The notes under the pieces: model-generated
What the model was told of the DNA's origin: nothing
What the model saw: the letters and a program-made list of their open reading frames with translations, nothing else
Database searches by the model: none
Shown: piece after piece, positions 53,206-62,537 of the stretch
Numbering within the stretch: the stretch's first letter is position 1
Layout of the letters: each line of letters begins with the position of its first letter
Virus record (IMG/VR): IMGVR_UViG_3300042191_000299
Location: 1-64,000 of that record
Source of the DNA: a virus
Strand: one strand, 5' to 3'
DNA: 64,000 bases
Made by a program: the position numbers and the translations under genes

Positions 53206-54225
53206 CTACGCAGCCTTCGCCTTGGCGCCGCCACGGGTCAGCATCATCACGACAATCAGCGCGACGCCGATGCCACCGCCGATGAGCAGATGTGACGACT
53301 TGATCCCACCGGGTCCTTTGCCCCCGCCGCCAGCCGCTGCAGTAGCCTCAGCCGCAGTGGCCGCCGTCTCCACCTCGTCCTGCAGCTGCGTCATGTCCAC
53401 TTCGCCCTGAGGAACGGCGGCAGCTGCAGCAGCGCCGGCCTCGGCGGCAGCTTGCGCCTGCTCGGCAGGGGTGACGGGCTGGCCGGTGGCAGGATTGATG
53501 GGCGCTTCGCCACTCCGCGACGTCTGCTGCAGCACGATTGCGATGATCGAGAGCAGCACGGGAATGGCAGCGATGACGGCGGCCGCCGAGATTGGCTCGC
53601 CAAAGGCGCCAAAGCTGCCGTACATCATCGTGGTCTCTTCGGCAAAGGGGCCCGCCAGCTGTGCGAGCATGAAACCGAATGGGGGCGTCTGGCGCGTGAG
53701 GTAACTCTTCGTCCATGACCGTGCCTCAGCGTGCTCTGCTGCGGTGGGCGTGGTCGACTTGCGCCGGTCCCACGCGATCTTCCGTGCACGGCGCGTCTTC
53801 AGTGTGTTGATCTTGCTGACGACAGGGCGGAGTGCCGTTTTCGACAGTCCGGTTTTGATCAGGCCGGCGGTCACTTTCGTTTGCTTGATCGCCAGGCGCG
53901 TGGGGATCTCGTGGGCCTTCATGGCGAGACGTCCTGCTTGGTCGACCCCGGGCAAGACGCCTTTGTTCACCGCTTTGGTGGTCAGGCTGCTGGTGACCCG
54001 CAGCGGTGCCGTCACGACGCGTGACACGCTCTTCGGCAGCACCTTCTGCGCGGCTTTGACCGTGAGGTTCGTGGGAATAGTGACCGTCTTGGCTGCCGCC
54101 TTCACGACGAACTTTGTCGGTACGGTGACCGTCTTGGTGACGGCGCTGGCCGCTTTCTTGACCGCGGAGAATGGGCTGAACCCCAGATCCGCGGCGTCTT
54201 CCAGACTTGTTTGACCGAAAATCAT
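53206..54225 (-). CDS. membrane protein with Lys/Thr/Val-rich internal repeats
   Basis: Starts at MIFGQTSLEDAADLGFSPFS. Repeats TKTVTVPTKFVVKAAAKTVTIPTNLTVKAAQK. Two TM segments. The listed longer ORF has a junk N-terminus. Confidence 0.6.
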   Translation of the reverse strand: MIFGQTSLEDAADLGFSPFSAVKKAASAVTKTVTVPTKFVVKAAAKTVTIPTNLTVKAAQKVLPKSVSRVVTAPLRVTSSLTTKAVNKGVLPGVDQAGRLAMKAHEIPTRLAIKQTKVTAGLIKTGLSKTALRPVVSKINTLKTRRARKIAWDRRKSTTPTAAEHAEARSWTKSYLTRQTPPFGFMLAQLAGPFAEETTMMYGSFGAFGEPISAAAVIAAIPVLLSIIAIVLQQTSRSGEAPINPATGQPVTPAEQAQAAAEAGAAAAAAVPQGEVDMTQLQDEVETAATAAEATAAAGGGGKGPGGIKSSHLLIGGGIGVALIVVMMLTRGGAKAKAA

Positions 54226-54812
54226 GGGCGTTTCTTCGCGCGCATCTTCTTCACTACCACCACCGCGCCGATGGCGGCCGCGAGCACCCCCACGCCGATG
54301 AAGATCGTCCGCTTGCTGATGCCCTCGCTGGAGGGCGGCGCCTCGGGCACCGGTGGATCGGCTGCGTCCTGCGCAGGGGTGAGATCCGCCTCGGGCTGTC
54401 CAGGCTGGACGGATGGGGTGGGCGCAGGCATTTGGGGTGGCGCCACAACCATCGAGGACGGCTGCATTGCTGGTGTGGTCACAGCCGACGGATAGACGAC
54501 CGAGCTGGTGGCCTGCGCGCGGAACGCGGCCTGCTGGCGTGCGAAGTCGGCCTGCTGCTGCAGGAACGCGTTGCGGTGTTGCTGCCGCTGTTGCCGAAAC
54601 GCGACCGACGGCGGCACCCATGATGCCGGCGCTGCCGGCGCGGAACCCCGGGGGAACACCCCTGGTGCCACGGTCTGCACCGGTCGGATCACGGCTTGCT
54701 GCGCAACCGCAGGCATCATCGGCCGCGACGGCATCATGCCACGATTGGCGGGCATTCCGCGCACCAACGGCGTCATGACATTCGGACGAACCGGGGGAAT
54801 ACCGAAGTACAT
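54222..54812 (-). CDS. Pro/Gln/Met-rich protein with C-terminal TM anchor
   Basis: 196 aa. ATGA overlap. C-terminal IFIGVGVLAAAIGAVVVV. Confidence 0.55.
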   Translation of the reverse strand: MYFGIPPVRPNVMTPLVRGMPANRGMMPSRPMMPAVAQQAVIRPVQTVAPGVFPRGSAPAAPASWVPPSVAFRQQRQQHRNAFLQQQADFARQQAAFRAQATSSVVYPSAVTTPAMQPSSMVVAPPQMPAPTPSVQPGQPEADLTPAQDAADPPVPEAPPSSEGISKRTIFIGVGVLAAAIGAVVVVKKMRAKKRP

Positions 54813-54815
54813 GGG

Positions 54816-55184
54816 TCATTTCCTCATCATGAGAAAGAGCACGAGGGCGCCGGCTCCGATGGCGGCAATGGTGAGAATCTGGCTGTTGCGATTGATGGGT
54901 CCGGGGTCCTCTTCCATCATCATCGGCACGGGCGTCGGGGGTGGCGCCACTGGCGTGGGGCGGCGGAGCAACGCCTGCGCCTGGGCAACGTACCCCTGCG
55001 CTTGCTGGTACTGCTTGGGTGCGTACTGCTGGGCGGCCACGTTGGCCACCTGCTGCGTGCGGGGGTCCTTCAGGATTTTGAGCGTTGCCTTGGTGGGTAT
55101 CGTGTGCGCCTTGACGACGACGTTGCCGACCTTTTTGAAGGCGTCTGTGACGGAGAACCCCAGCGATGCCTGTCCAAGTACCAC
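54816..55184 (-). CDS. membrane-anchored protein, N-terminal paralogue of 53206-54225
   Basis: GTG start at VVLGQASLGFSVTDAFKK, parallel to MIFGQTSL..GFSPFSAVKK. C-terminal TM. Confidence 0.5.
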   Translation of the reverse strand: MVLGQASLGFSVTDAFKKVGNVVVKAHTIPTKATLKILKDPRTQQVANVAAQQYAPKQYQQAQGYVAQAQALLRRPTPVAPPPTPVPMMMEEDPGPINRNSQILTIAAIGAGALVLFLMMRK

Positions 55185-55197
55185 CTCTTCATAGTAG

Positions 55198-55818
55198 GTG
55201 GGGGACCGTGGGCGCGTCAACCGCTTGACCGGAGTGGCACCGGCCGTGCATCCTGAGTGGACAGTGCTGTACGACGGCGGACCAACTCTGCGCGCACACA
55301 CGGTGCATTCGTTGGATGATCGCGTGCGGATTCTGCGGCGTCTCGTGTGGCTCGGTGACCGTGCGTTCGGCCGGGGGCGCAATCCCATCGGCGGCCTGCA
55401 GGACCCGCGCATGCGCCAGATCGGGCTGGCCGTGACTCAGGGGTGCCGTGCACGCAACGACATGTGCGAGCTGGCAGCAATCTTCCAGTTCGTACAGGAG
55501 AACGTCCGTTACACCGGCGACATCGTGAACAAGGACACATTCGCGACGGCGTACCGGACGCTGCAGCTGGGAGGCGAGGACTGCGATGGACATGCGGTTT
55601 TGAATTCCGTGCTCGCCGGTGAAAACGGTTTTCAGACCAAGTTCCGTATCACGTCCAACACTGGCGCCACGTGGGACCACATCTTCTGCATGGCAGGCGT
55701 GCCCAAGCATTCGCCCACGCGGTGGATCGCCCTCGACACCACGCTGCCGGGTGCCAACAAGTTCGGTGTGCAGCCTCCGATGGCGAAGTACAAAGACTTT
55801 GAGGTGAGTGAACCATGA
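55198..55818 (+). CDS. transglutaminase-like cysteine protease fold protein
   Basis: GGEDCDGHAVL (Cys), WDHIF (His), ALDTT (Asp). The start is uncertain. Confidence 0.6.
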   Translation: MGDRGRVNRLTGVAPAVHPEWTVLYDGGPTLRAHTVHSLDDRVRILRRLVWLGDRAFGRGRNPIGGLQDPRMRQIGLAVTQGCRARNDMCELAAIFQFVQENVRYTGDIVNKDTFATAYRTLQLGGEDCDGHAVLNSVLAGENGFQTKFRITSNTGATWDHIFCMAGVPKHSPTRWIALDTTLPGANKFGVQPPMAKYKDFEVSEP

Positions 55819-56033
55819 GGGGCAAGACGTGCATCGTGTTCAATTCTCAGACGCGGGGCACTCCGAGCCGCGTCATCGAGTGTGTCAAGGGCGGCAGGCG
55901 ATCAGCCGACGTCACACAGCGCTTGCGGTCGTTGAACAGGTCTGTCGGCATGGGCGGGTTTTATTCAGCTCACCCCGAGCGTGTGATTCGTGGCTGGATC
56001 GAGCGGGGCGAGACGGAGTGGAAGTTGCCGTGA
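55815..56033 (+). CDS. hypothetical small protein
   Basis: 72 aa. ATGA overlap. Confidence 0.5.
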   Translation: MRGKTCIVFNSQTRGTPSRVIECVKGGRRSADVTQRLRSLNRSVGMGGFYSAHPERVIRGWIERGETEWKLP

Positions 56034-56263
56034 ACGACTTTCGGGTAAAAGTGCGGGGCACGCCGGAGATCGTCGCGGACGGCTTTCGCACGAAAACAGC
56101 AGCGTGCAAGGCCGCGCGCCACGCTGCGGCGATGGCGATCCCGCCGGGGTCTTTCCGCGCCGTGGTTCAGGGATACAACGCAGGATCGGCTGACGCACCC
56201 GGCGACTGGTTTGCCGTGACGTGTCCTGATCCGGACGCGCCCGTGCGGAGACGCCGGCGATGA
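56030..56263 (+). CDS. hypothetical small protein
   Basis: GTG in a GTGA overlap. 77 aa. Confidence 0.45.
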   Translation: MNDFRVKVRGTPEIVADGFRTKTAACKAARHAAAMAIPPGSFRAVVQGYNAGSADAPGDWFAVTCPDPDAPVRRRRR

Positions 56264-56409
56264 GCGCTGCATCGTATCAGCAGTGCTACAAGCGCGAGAT
56301 GGCTGCGTACAAGCTGCTGGTGCGCGCCAAGACGCCCGCGGCGATACGAAAGGCGCGTGTACGGTGGCAACGGCTCGTAGCTGCGTGTGAAGCGGAAGGT
56401 CGTAGATGA
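56260..56409 (+). CDS. 49-aa hypothetical peptide (below the ORF-track cutoff)
   Basis: Hand translation begins MSAASYQQCYKREMAAYKLLVRAK. ATGA overlaps at both ends. Confidence 0.4.
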   Translation: MSAASYQQCYKREMAAYKLLVRAKTPAAIRKARVRWQRLVAACEAEGRR

Positions 56410-56615
56410 GCAACACGCGCACGCTCACCCTTCCCGATGGAGGCAGCATCACGGTACCGCTGCCGGGCGCCAACGCGCAGTTTGTGATGCGCCCGGCGTC
56501 GATGCTCGCGTCGGCAGACGCCGCCTCGATGGCGCCGCTGATCTTGATCGGCGTGGTGATCGGCGTGGGGATCGGCGTCGCCGCGACAGCCTACTACCTG
56601 CGACGGAAGCGCTGA
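56406..56615 (+). CDS. small protein with C-terminal TM anchor
   Basis: 69 aa. LILIGVVIGVGIGVAATAYYL. Confidence 0.55.
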   Translation: MSNTRTLTLPDGGSITVPLPGANAQFVMRPASMLASADAASMAPLILIGVVIGVGIGVAATAYYLRRKR

Positions 56616-56806
56616 TGGCGCTAGCACCTCCCCCGGCAGGCGCGCAGCCGACAACATTTCACCTGTTTTGGGCCGGGGTCAGTCGCATGCTGGCCGCGCT
56701 GCTGGGCGATAAGGCCCACGCCGACCTGATCATCACCGTGCGCGGCGGCAAGGTGGAGATGGTGCGCGTGAACCGCAGCTTCTTGCCTACTGACCTGCCA
56801 CGGTGA
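56615..56806 (+). CDS. hypothetical small protein
   Basis: ATG in a TGATG overlap. 63 aa. Confidence 0.4.
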   Translation: MALAPPPAGAQPTTFHLFWAGVSRMLAALLGDKAHADLIITVRGGKVEMVRVNRSFLPTDLPR

Positions 56807-56807
56807 C

Positions 56808-57386
56808 TTGATGGGCAAGGTGATCGCGGGCCTGACGTTCGTCACTGGTGCTGTCATCGCCGGGTTGTTGCTGACTCGTCGATCACAGCTCGGCGCGCCG
56901 TGGGTGCTGCCCGAGCCCGACTCACGGGAGATGGATCGCTGCCTGCGCTCAGCATCGCGTGAGGCGCGCCCGCGCACGTACGGCGTGAAATCGGTCGCTG
57001 TGCGCGCGCTGCTCGACGCCAACCCCAAGCTGCTAGATCTGGTCGAACGCGACTGCGGCGCCGACTGCAAGGCGTACACGGCGTGGGTAAACCACGGGCG
57101 CCGTGGACCAAAGCCCCGAGCCCGACCTGGCGATGGGCGCTTCGACGCGCTGAATGAGCAGTTCGAGAAGCGCACCCCCGGGCGCAAGATCGCCAGTTGG
57201 CGTGAAGCGCTGGCCGTTACGGCACCACGGACGCGCCACTGGGAAGATTTCGCCGAGCGCATGCCAGCGCTGGAGGAAGCGGTGGGGTTCCGCTTGAACC
57301 TACCTGACCGTGCCGAAGCGGTGAAACGTGCACGCGGATACGTCGACCGGTGCCGCAACGTGCGCGAAGAGCCCGTGCCGTTCTAG
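56808..57386 (+). CDS. hypothetical protein with N-terminal TM anchor
   Basis: 192 aa. VIAGLTFVTGAVIAGLLL. Confidence 0.55.
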   Translation: MMGKVIAGLTFVTGAVIAGLLLTRRSQLGAPWVLPEPDSREMDRCLRSASREARPRTYGVKSVAVRALLDANPKLLDLVERDCGADCKAYTAWVNHGRRGPKPRARPGDGRFDALNEQFEKRTPGRKIASWREALAVTAPRTRHWEDFAERMPALEEAVGFRLNLPDRAEAVKRARGYVDRCRNVREEPVPF

Positions 57387-57434
57387 GCAGGTAGACTTGC
57401 TCCCGGGGCACGCGCTGGCGTAGCCTTAGAGGCG

Positions 57435-58145
57435 ATGTACTTTGGCGGCCCCAACGATGATCTGCTGACGCCGTCGTTTCTGCCGACGAACGACGCGCTG
57501 CTGAAGCCAAAGATCGCCACGCCGCGGTTCGATCTGCACGTCAAGCGGATGCAGGAGGCGCTCAACGATCTGGCGCAGCGCGTGCGCGATCCCGCGGTGG
57601 GCACGTCGGCGGACGGCATCGTCGGGCCCAACACGCTCAAGGCTGTGAACCGAGCTGTGCCGAGGTACGCCACCTTCGCGCCACCCGAGTTCCGTACTGG
57701 CAAGCTGGTGGCGTCGAAGGTCAAGGCGTACGCGGCGCAGATCACCACGTATTTGAACAAGGCTGGCTCGGCGACGTCGAGCCCCGTGGCCATGGCGTCG
57801 GTCAACCGTACGGCGGCGTCGTACCGATCGCCATCGCCCGCCCTTGCGACGCTCACACCCACACCATCAGCGCCGTATGCACCCACGTCGTCACCCGGAG
57901 GACTCCCGATGAACCCGCCGTATTACCCGCCGTCCCCCTATCCCTCGTCAGGATATCCGGCCTACGCGCCACCGCGCGCCGGCGGTCTGCCCACCGACCG
58001 GGCCACGCTGGACGTCAAGGCGTTCATCCCCGCGCAGTACCAGCACGTGCGCTTGTCGCCCGTGGGTGGGCTGCTCATCGTTGGCGGCGCGCTGGCGGTG
58101 ATCATGCTCATCATGCAGAACCGCAAGCTCGCCAGGAAGCCGTAA
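57435..58145 (+). CDS. peptidoglycan-binding-domain protein with Pro/Tyr-rich linker and C-terminal TM
   Basis: VKRMQEALNDL...DGIVGPNTLKAVNR (PG_binding_1-like). C-terminal VGGLLIVGGALAVIMLIM. Confidence 0.6.
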   Translation: MYFGGPNDDLLTPSFLPTNDALLKPKIATPRFDLHVKRMQEALNDLAQRVRDPAVGTSADGIVGPNTLKAVNRAVPRYATFAPPEFRTGKLVASKVKAYAAQITTYLNKAGSATSSPVAMASVNRTAASYRSPSPALATLTPTPSAPYAPTSSPGGLPMNPPYYPPSPYPSSGYPAYAPPRAGGLPTDRATLDVKAFIPAQYQHVRLSPVGGLLIVGGALAVIMLIMQNRKLARKP

Positions 58146-58150
58146 AGGCC

Positions 58151-58372
58151 GTGGCGCGCCGGCTGACAAAAGACGATGTCGATGCCGCGCGAATCGGCGC
58201 GCGTGTGTGCGGGTCGATTTCTGCGAACAACGATGCTGCTGCGTGCTTTCGGCATCTTGCGCGTGGAAACGAGCGGCGGGCGCTGAACGCGTCGGGGCCC
58301 AAGCGGCTTGTGCACGCGCTGTTGGATCTGGCGACAGCAGCAAAGGCCGCTGCAGACAAGCGGGCACGATGA
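58151..58372 (+). CDS. hypothetical small protein
   Basis: GTG start. 73 aa. Confidence 0.4.
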   Translation: MARRLTKDDVDAARIGARVCGSISANNDAAACFRHLARGNERRALNASGPKRLVHALLDLATAAKAAADKRAR

Positions 58373-58608
58373 GCGACGGCAACGATTTCCACGTTGCGTG
58401 CTACTTCACGCGGGTCTTCTCGTCCGGCCTCGATGAAGCGAAGAGCCTCCCGGACGAAAAAGCAGCGATGACCTTCGCAAAGAAGTGCGTGAAAGAGGGC
58501 CGGGGCACCAACCCGCACGCACTGGTGGACAACCACTACGAAGGCATACACCGCACGGTGGGGCTGACGAAGTCGGGGCGGCTGCAGGTGAAGGCGAGGA
58601 AGTTCTGA
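58369..58608 (+). CDS. hypothetical small protein
   Basis: ATGA overlap. Starts MSDGNDFHVACYF. 79 aa. Confidence 0.5.
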   Translation: MSDGNDFHVACYFTRVFSSGLDEAKSLPDEKAAMTFAKKCVKEGRGTNPHALVDNHYEGIHRTVGLTKSGRLQVKARKF

Positions 58609-58841
58609 TGTCCTGGGAAGCGAAGGTGCACCGTGTGATTGCGCGCCTGGCCGCGACGGCACACAGGCAAAGCAACACCGATCGGGCAGGCAAACGGTAC
58701 AAGCGCCACCGACCGTACCGCCTGCCCGAAGCGGCAGAACAGCTGGTCAGGTGCCTTGGCGACCGTGATCGATCCCGCGGTGAGCGCGCGTGCAAGGCGA
58801 CGATGGAACAGCTGCGCCGGGAAGGCGTAAAGATCGACTGA
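58608..58841 (+). CDS. hypothetical small protein
   Basis: TGATG overlap. Starts MSWEAKVHRV. 77 aa. Confidence 0.45.
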   Translation: MSWEAKVHRVIARLAATAHRQSNTDRAGKRYKRHRPYRLPEAAEQLVRCLGDRDRSRGERACKATMEQLRREGVKID

Positions 58842-59056
58842 TGCACGTCCTTGGACAAGAGCCCGGCCAATTCTGTCAGCTCGGGCAGCAGCCGGGGCTG
58901 TTCCACCAGTTCGGTGACTTCCAAGCCGATGCGCGGCAGGCAATCCAGGTGGCGCCCGACTACTTCGTGTGGTGGTACACCGTGAAATCGGTGGGCCTGG
59001 GCGTGGCGGTGGCCGCGCTGGCGTTCGTGATTGGCCGTGCGACGGTGAAGCGATGA
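58841..59056 (+). CDS. small protein with C-terminal TM
   Basis: TGATG overlap. C-terminal VGLGVAVAALAFVIG. Confidence 0.45.
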   Translation: MHVLGQEPGQFCQLGQQPGLFHQFGDFQADARQAIQVAPDYFVWWYTVKSVGLGVAVAALAFVIGRATVKR

Positions 59057-59238
59057 AGGTTCAGGTCGATCTGCATGCCGTGAAGCTGCTGGTGATCGCA
59101 CAGAAGATACGGTCCTTCTCACGGGAGAGCCCGGACGGGCAGCGCCAGCGCAACATCCTGGGTCGCGAGTTCAGCCGGGAGATGCGCGCAGCCGGTTTGC
59201 CACGGCTGCACAAGCGCGGCGCGCGGGTGAACTGGTAA
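59053..59238 (+). CDS. hypothetical small protein
   Basis: ATGA overlap. 61 aa. Confidence 0.45.
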   Translation: MKVQVDLHAVKLLVIAQKIRSFSRESPDGQRQRNILGREFSREMRAAGLPRLHKRGARVNW

Positions 59239-59538
59239 ATGGCAAAGACACGACGCTGCAAAGCCGGCAGCAACGGCCCCGTTATCAGCGAGACCACCGC
59301 CCTTCAGATCGAGCGCCGTGCACGCGAGCTGCGGACGAAGTACAAGACGCGTGCCCCCCACATGGCACTGACGTACGCGGCGACCGAGGTGCTCGGATGC
59401 CAGCCTCGCCGTGCGGTTGCCGGTGAGGGATCGCTGAACTACTTCCGCGCCATTGGCCGGTTCCACTGGGACGGCAGTGGCGAGCGCGCGGCGCGTGAAG
59501 CGTACAAGGAAGGGCACAGAAAGGGGTACCTACGCTGA
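59239..59538 (+). CDS. hypothetical protein
   Basis: 99 aa. ATG 1 nt after the upstream stop. Confidence 0.5.
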   Translation: MAKTRRCKAGSNGPVISETTALQIERRARELRTKYKTRAPHMALTYAATEVLGCQPRRAVAGEGSLNYFRAIGRFHWDGSGERAAREAYKEGHRKGYLR

Positions 59539-59819
59539 TGGCATCTCCAACGACACTGCTGCTTTGTGCGACGCGATTCTGGGCGCTTCGAGATGCGCCC
59601 ACAACTCGCACACTGAAAAGGTCTGTTCGCCGTGTCGTGCTCAAGCAAGGCGTCAGGCCACGGGCGATCGATGCAGCGGAGCGCTCGCTGGTGAAGCGTG
59701 GCCTGATTCGTGTCGACGAACACGGTATCCAGCTCACCCCCAAGGGGTTGAAGGTCACGGGGCGCGCGTGCCCGCGCATCGACTTGCCCCCGTGGGACAA
59801 CCGCGCGATCTACCGGTAA
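59538..59819 (+). CDS. hypothetical protein, winged-helix-like (tentative)
   Basis: 93 aa. ...ERSLVKRGLIRVDEHGIQLTPKG. Confidence 0.45.
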   Translation: MASPTTLLLCATRFWALRDAPTTRTLKRSVRRVVLKQGVRPRAIDAAERSLVKRGLIRVDEHGIQLTPKGLKVTGRACPRIDLPPWDNRAIYR

Positions 59820-59824
59820 ATCGA

Positions 59825-60250
59825 ATGGCTCGCGTAGAAGACGTCACCGGCTACCTGATTCGCAATGCCGTGGGGCCGGGCGAACACGTGAAGCGTGTAC
59901 AGCAGGCGCGTCCGGCGTTCAACTTGACCCCGGCGCTGCAGGCGTTTCTCGAAAAGTGGCGTACGCCTGGAGATAAGACCATCGGACGGATCTCAAATGC
60001 CCTCGCGTACGGCCGCGCGGTCACAGGTGGCAAGAAATCCCACCACACGAACATGATCCGCCTCATCAAAGGCGGGCACATCGTGGCGTGCGAGGTCGCG
60101 GCGCCGCCACCGGCAGGTAGCAACGCGCACAGAGATTCACCGTACGGTGACCGCTTCTACTTTCTGAAAGCCGGGCGCGCCTGCCCCTCAGAGATCGAGC
60201 CGAGCGCAGCCACGTTCCAGGGCGCACGCCGCCGCAAGCCACAGCGCTGA
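59825..60250 (+). CDS. hypothetical protein
   Basis: Starts at MARVEDVTGYL. 141 aa. Confidence 0.5.
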   Translation: MARVEDVTGYLIRNAVGPGEHVKRVQQARPAFNLTPALQAFLEKWRTPGDKTIGRISNALAYGRAVTGGKKSHHTNMIRLIKGGHIVACEVAAPPPAGSNAHRDSPYGDRFYFLKAGRACPSEIEPSAATFQGARRRKPQR

Positions 60251-60253
60251 AAG

Positions 60254-60457
60254 ATGAGCGCCCACAAAGATGTGCGATCGGCGCTCAAGCGGGCACTGCA
60301 CCACGCAAAGTTGGGCATGTGCGCGTCAGCAATCTCCACCGTGGGCTCCGCGACGAACATCTACAGCCACTTGGGCTTCCGTGATGCGCGCCTGGAGAAG
60401 GCAGTCCGCCGCGTTGGCAGGATTGTCGGTTTGAGGTGCACGCCGAAGAAGGTGTGA
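60254..60457 (+). CDS. hypothetical small protein
   Basis: 67 aa. ATG start. Confidence 0.45.
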   Translation: MSAHKDVRSALKRALHHAKLGMCASAISTVGSATNIYSHLGFRDARLEKAVRRVGRIVGLRCTPKKV

Positions 60458-60460
60458 ACC

Positions 60461-60757
60461 ATGGCCGGCCGTTCTCCCGTCCGTCTGCAGAATCGCGCGC
60501 CGGCGTGGCCCGGTGGTCCACGCATCGATCGATGGGTGTGCGACGTCCGCTTGCAGTCGGCGCGGTTTCAGGATCGCCTGGACCACCAGCGCACGGCTAT
60601 CGTGCATCGCTCGACGAAGTACCCGCAGGCGTGGCAGGTGTCTTTCTTCGACGACCAGGGCGCCGCGAGCGACATCCGTAGAACCACGTGTAACGAGGCA
60701 CTACGTGAGCTGTCGCCGAGCCGGTGGCGCCTGCGCGACGTGCGGCCGAAGCGCTAG
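60461..60757 (+). CDS. hypothetical protein
   Basis: 98 aa. ATG start. Confidence 0.5.
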   Translation: MAGRSPVRLQNRAPAWPGGPRIDRWVCDVRLQSARFQDRLDHQRTAIVHRSTKYPQAWQVSFFDDQGAASDIRRTTCNEALRELSPSRWRLRDVRPKR

Positions 60758-61065
60758 TAGCGGGCTTTTCGCGCCCATGCGATGAGCTTGGCTGGCGTTG
60801 GCGAATATGCCCACATCACGAGCGCGAGATGCCGGCGTGTGGGGGCGCCGTTCTGCCACAGTGGCTCGCGCCGCTTCCGCACCTGCGCCATGTGGCGCTC
60901 GATGAATCCTTCGCGTTTACGGCACCAGTCCGTGTCGAGGTCGTTCGTCTTCCATGCAGACAGGAACCCGCGGGGACTGCGTGCCACCTTCGAGACGCCG
61001 CGGGCGGCTGCCACAGCTTCAGCGCGCTCGACAACACCGCGAGGAAGTGCACGACGACAAGTCAT
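60754..61065 (-). CDS. hypothetical protein
   Basis: 103 aa. Convergent with the previous gene (4-nt overlap). Confidence 0.5.
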   Translation of the reverse strand: MTCRRALPRGVVERAEAVAAARGVSKVARSPRGFLSAWKTNDLDTDWCRKREGFIERHMAQVRKRREPLWQNGAPTRRHLALVMWAYSPTPAKLIAWARKARY

Positions 61066-61074
61066 TTGGCGGGA

Positions 61075-61308
61075 CTAACCGCGGGTCATCACGGGTGTCT
61101 TCTCGCGCCGTTTCGCCTCTTGCACGGCGTTTGCACACGCTGCCGCCATTCCCGACTGAACCGCCGTGAGCTGTTCGACCGTTGGCTCATGGTCACCAAT
61201 GCTTCGAATCGCGTCGATGGCGCCCTGCAATAGCTTCCGCGACAGGTCGGGGTGGTCCGCCAGGATGTCGAGCGCAGTCACCAGCAAGGGCAGGAGCGCG
61301 AGCAGCAT
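61075..61308 (-). CDS. hypothetical small protein with N-terminal hydrophobic segment
   Basis: ATG in a TGATG overlap. Starts MLLALLPLLVTALDIL. Confidence 0.45.
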   Translation of the reverse strand: MLLALLPLLVTALDILADHPDLSRKLLQGAIDAIRSIGDHEPTVEQLTAVQSGMAAACANAVQEAKRREKTPVMTRG

Positions 61309-61532
61309 CAATCGTCCATCCTCGTCATCACCAGCCACGTGGCGCCAGCGAAGATCCAAAAGACCACCGTGGACGCGAGCACAGAAGCCACGTCCTGGCG
61401 GCGTCGCGAGTCGTTCAACATGAATCGGCGCGCCAGGTACCCCGCCGCGCCGCTCGCGACACCACCGACCGTTGCTGGCACGACGAAGTGCGCGAAGCTG
61501 GGTTCGGCGCGTGAGGCGGCAAGCTGGCGCAT
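61308..61532 (-). CDS. small membrane protein
   Basis: 74 aa. Two hydrophobic segments. Confidence 0.5.
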   Translation of the reverse strand: MRQLAASRAEPSFAHFVVPATVGGVASGAAGYLARRFMLNDSRRRQDVASVLASTVVFWIFAGATWLVMTRMDD

Positions 61533-61852
61533 TAGCGACAGATGCCCTTGGTAAAGCCCCTCTTCGCCGGGCGTTTCGCGATGCGGCCGCGCCGAACGGT
61601 GACGTTCCAGTCTCCTCCGTAGCGGTCGGCCTCACCCTGCGCGTCGCGCGCCGCACGTCGGACGGCAACACTGCGGTCGAGCCCGCGCCCGGACCACGTG
61701 TCGCCGTGCTGGTGGCCGTTGACGCTGACGAGCGGCAGCCACCCACCGACGTGCTCATTTGCGTTGGGCACGGCGCAGTAGCGGATCTTCACCTTGTCGT
61801 GCTCGGGGTAGATGGTGTGCCCGCGGTCGTCCGAACGGTGTGCGCGTGCCAT
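61532..61852 (-). CDS. hypothetical protein
   Basis: Starts at MARAHRSDDRGHTIY. 106 aa. Confidence 0.5.
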   Translation of the reverse strand: MARAHRSDDRGHTIYPEHDKVKIRYCAVPNANEHVGGWLPLVSVNGHQHGDTWSGRGLDRSVAVRRAARDAQGEADRYGGDWNVTVRRGRIAKRPAKRGFTKGICR

Positions 61853-61915
61853 CCCATTCAGGATAACACGCACCCAGTTGACTCCGCCAAACGTCTGCCT
61901 GCACACTTACAGCCG

Positions 61916-62164
61916 ATGCACCATCGCGCGCTGATGCTCCGTGCGGCCGATCCGGACAAGTGCCCCGTGAACATGTGGGACTACTTGATCCCGGCGGCGA
62001 TCGGTGGCACGACGGGGCTGCTGTCTGGCTTCGGCGTGCGGTACCTGCTGCGCAGAGACCACCCGCAGACGGTCGATTCAGCTGCGCACATTGTCGAAGG
62101 CGCCGTCACGCTGCTGGTGGGGGGCATGACGTTCATCTTGCGACTGCGCCACCGCGTCCCCTAG
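61916..62164 (+). CDS. small membrane protein (start uncertain)
   Basis: Tail of the listed ORF 61472-62164. Hydrophobic IPAAIGGTTGLLSGFGV and VTLLVGGMTFIL. Confidence 0.4.
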   Translation: MHHRALMLRAADPDKCPVNMWDYLIPAAIGGTTGLLSGFGVRYLLRRDHPQTVDSAAHIVEGAVTLLVGGMTFILRLRHRVP

Positions 62165-62439
62165 CGAATTCGACACGTGCTCGCGACGAGCCGGCGTGTG
62201 GACGATACGAGATCGTGCGCCGCCGCGACGATGCTGACCGTGCCGGCCGTTATGTGGGGCTCGGCGCGGCCGACCGCGAGAGCGGAGCGGACCAGTGCAC
62301 GAATGGACGCCCCGCAGTCACCGCGGCTCAGGTGGTCTTGCGCGCTGATCGCCTCGGTGTGCACGAGGTCTACGATGCGCGCGAGCTTGTCGCGTGTGTC
62401 GGGCGATCCAAGACCCCTGCTGCGGCGACGCTTGGCCAT
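62161..62439 (-). CDS. hypothetical small protein
   Basis: Starts at MAKRRRSRGLGS. 92 aa. Confidence 0.45.
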   Translation of the reverse strand: MAKRRRSRGLGSPDTRDKLARIVDLVHTEAISAQDHLSRGDCGASIRALVRSALAVGRAEPHITAGTVSIVAAAHDLVSSTRRLVASTCRIR

Positions 62440-62457
62440 CTCAAGATCCTCTACTAT

Positions 62458-62487
62458 TTGACTTTTCCTCGCAACTACCCACACACT
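62458..62487 (+). promoter_or_regulatory. sigma70-like promoter of conserved leader module 2
   Basis: TTGACT-N18-CACACT. Confidence 0.5.
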
Positions 62488-62537
62488 GGTCTCTCGACAT
62501 AGCGGCACCCGCCGCACCTCTGGCGACCAGAGCAACT

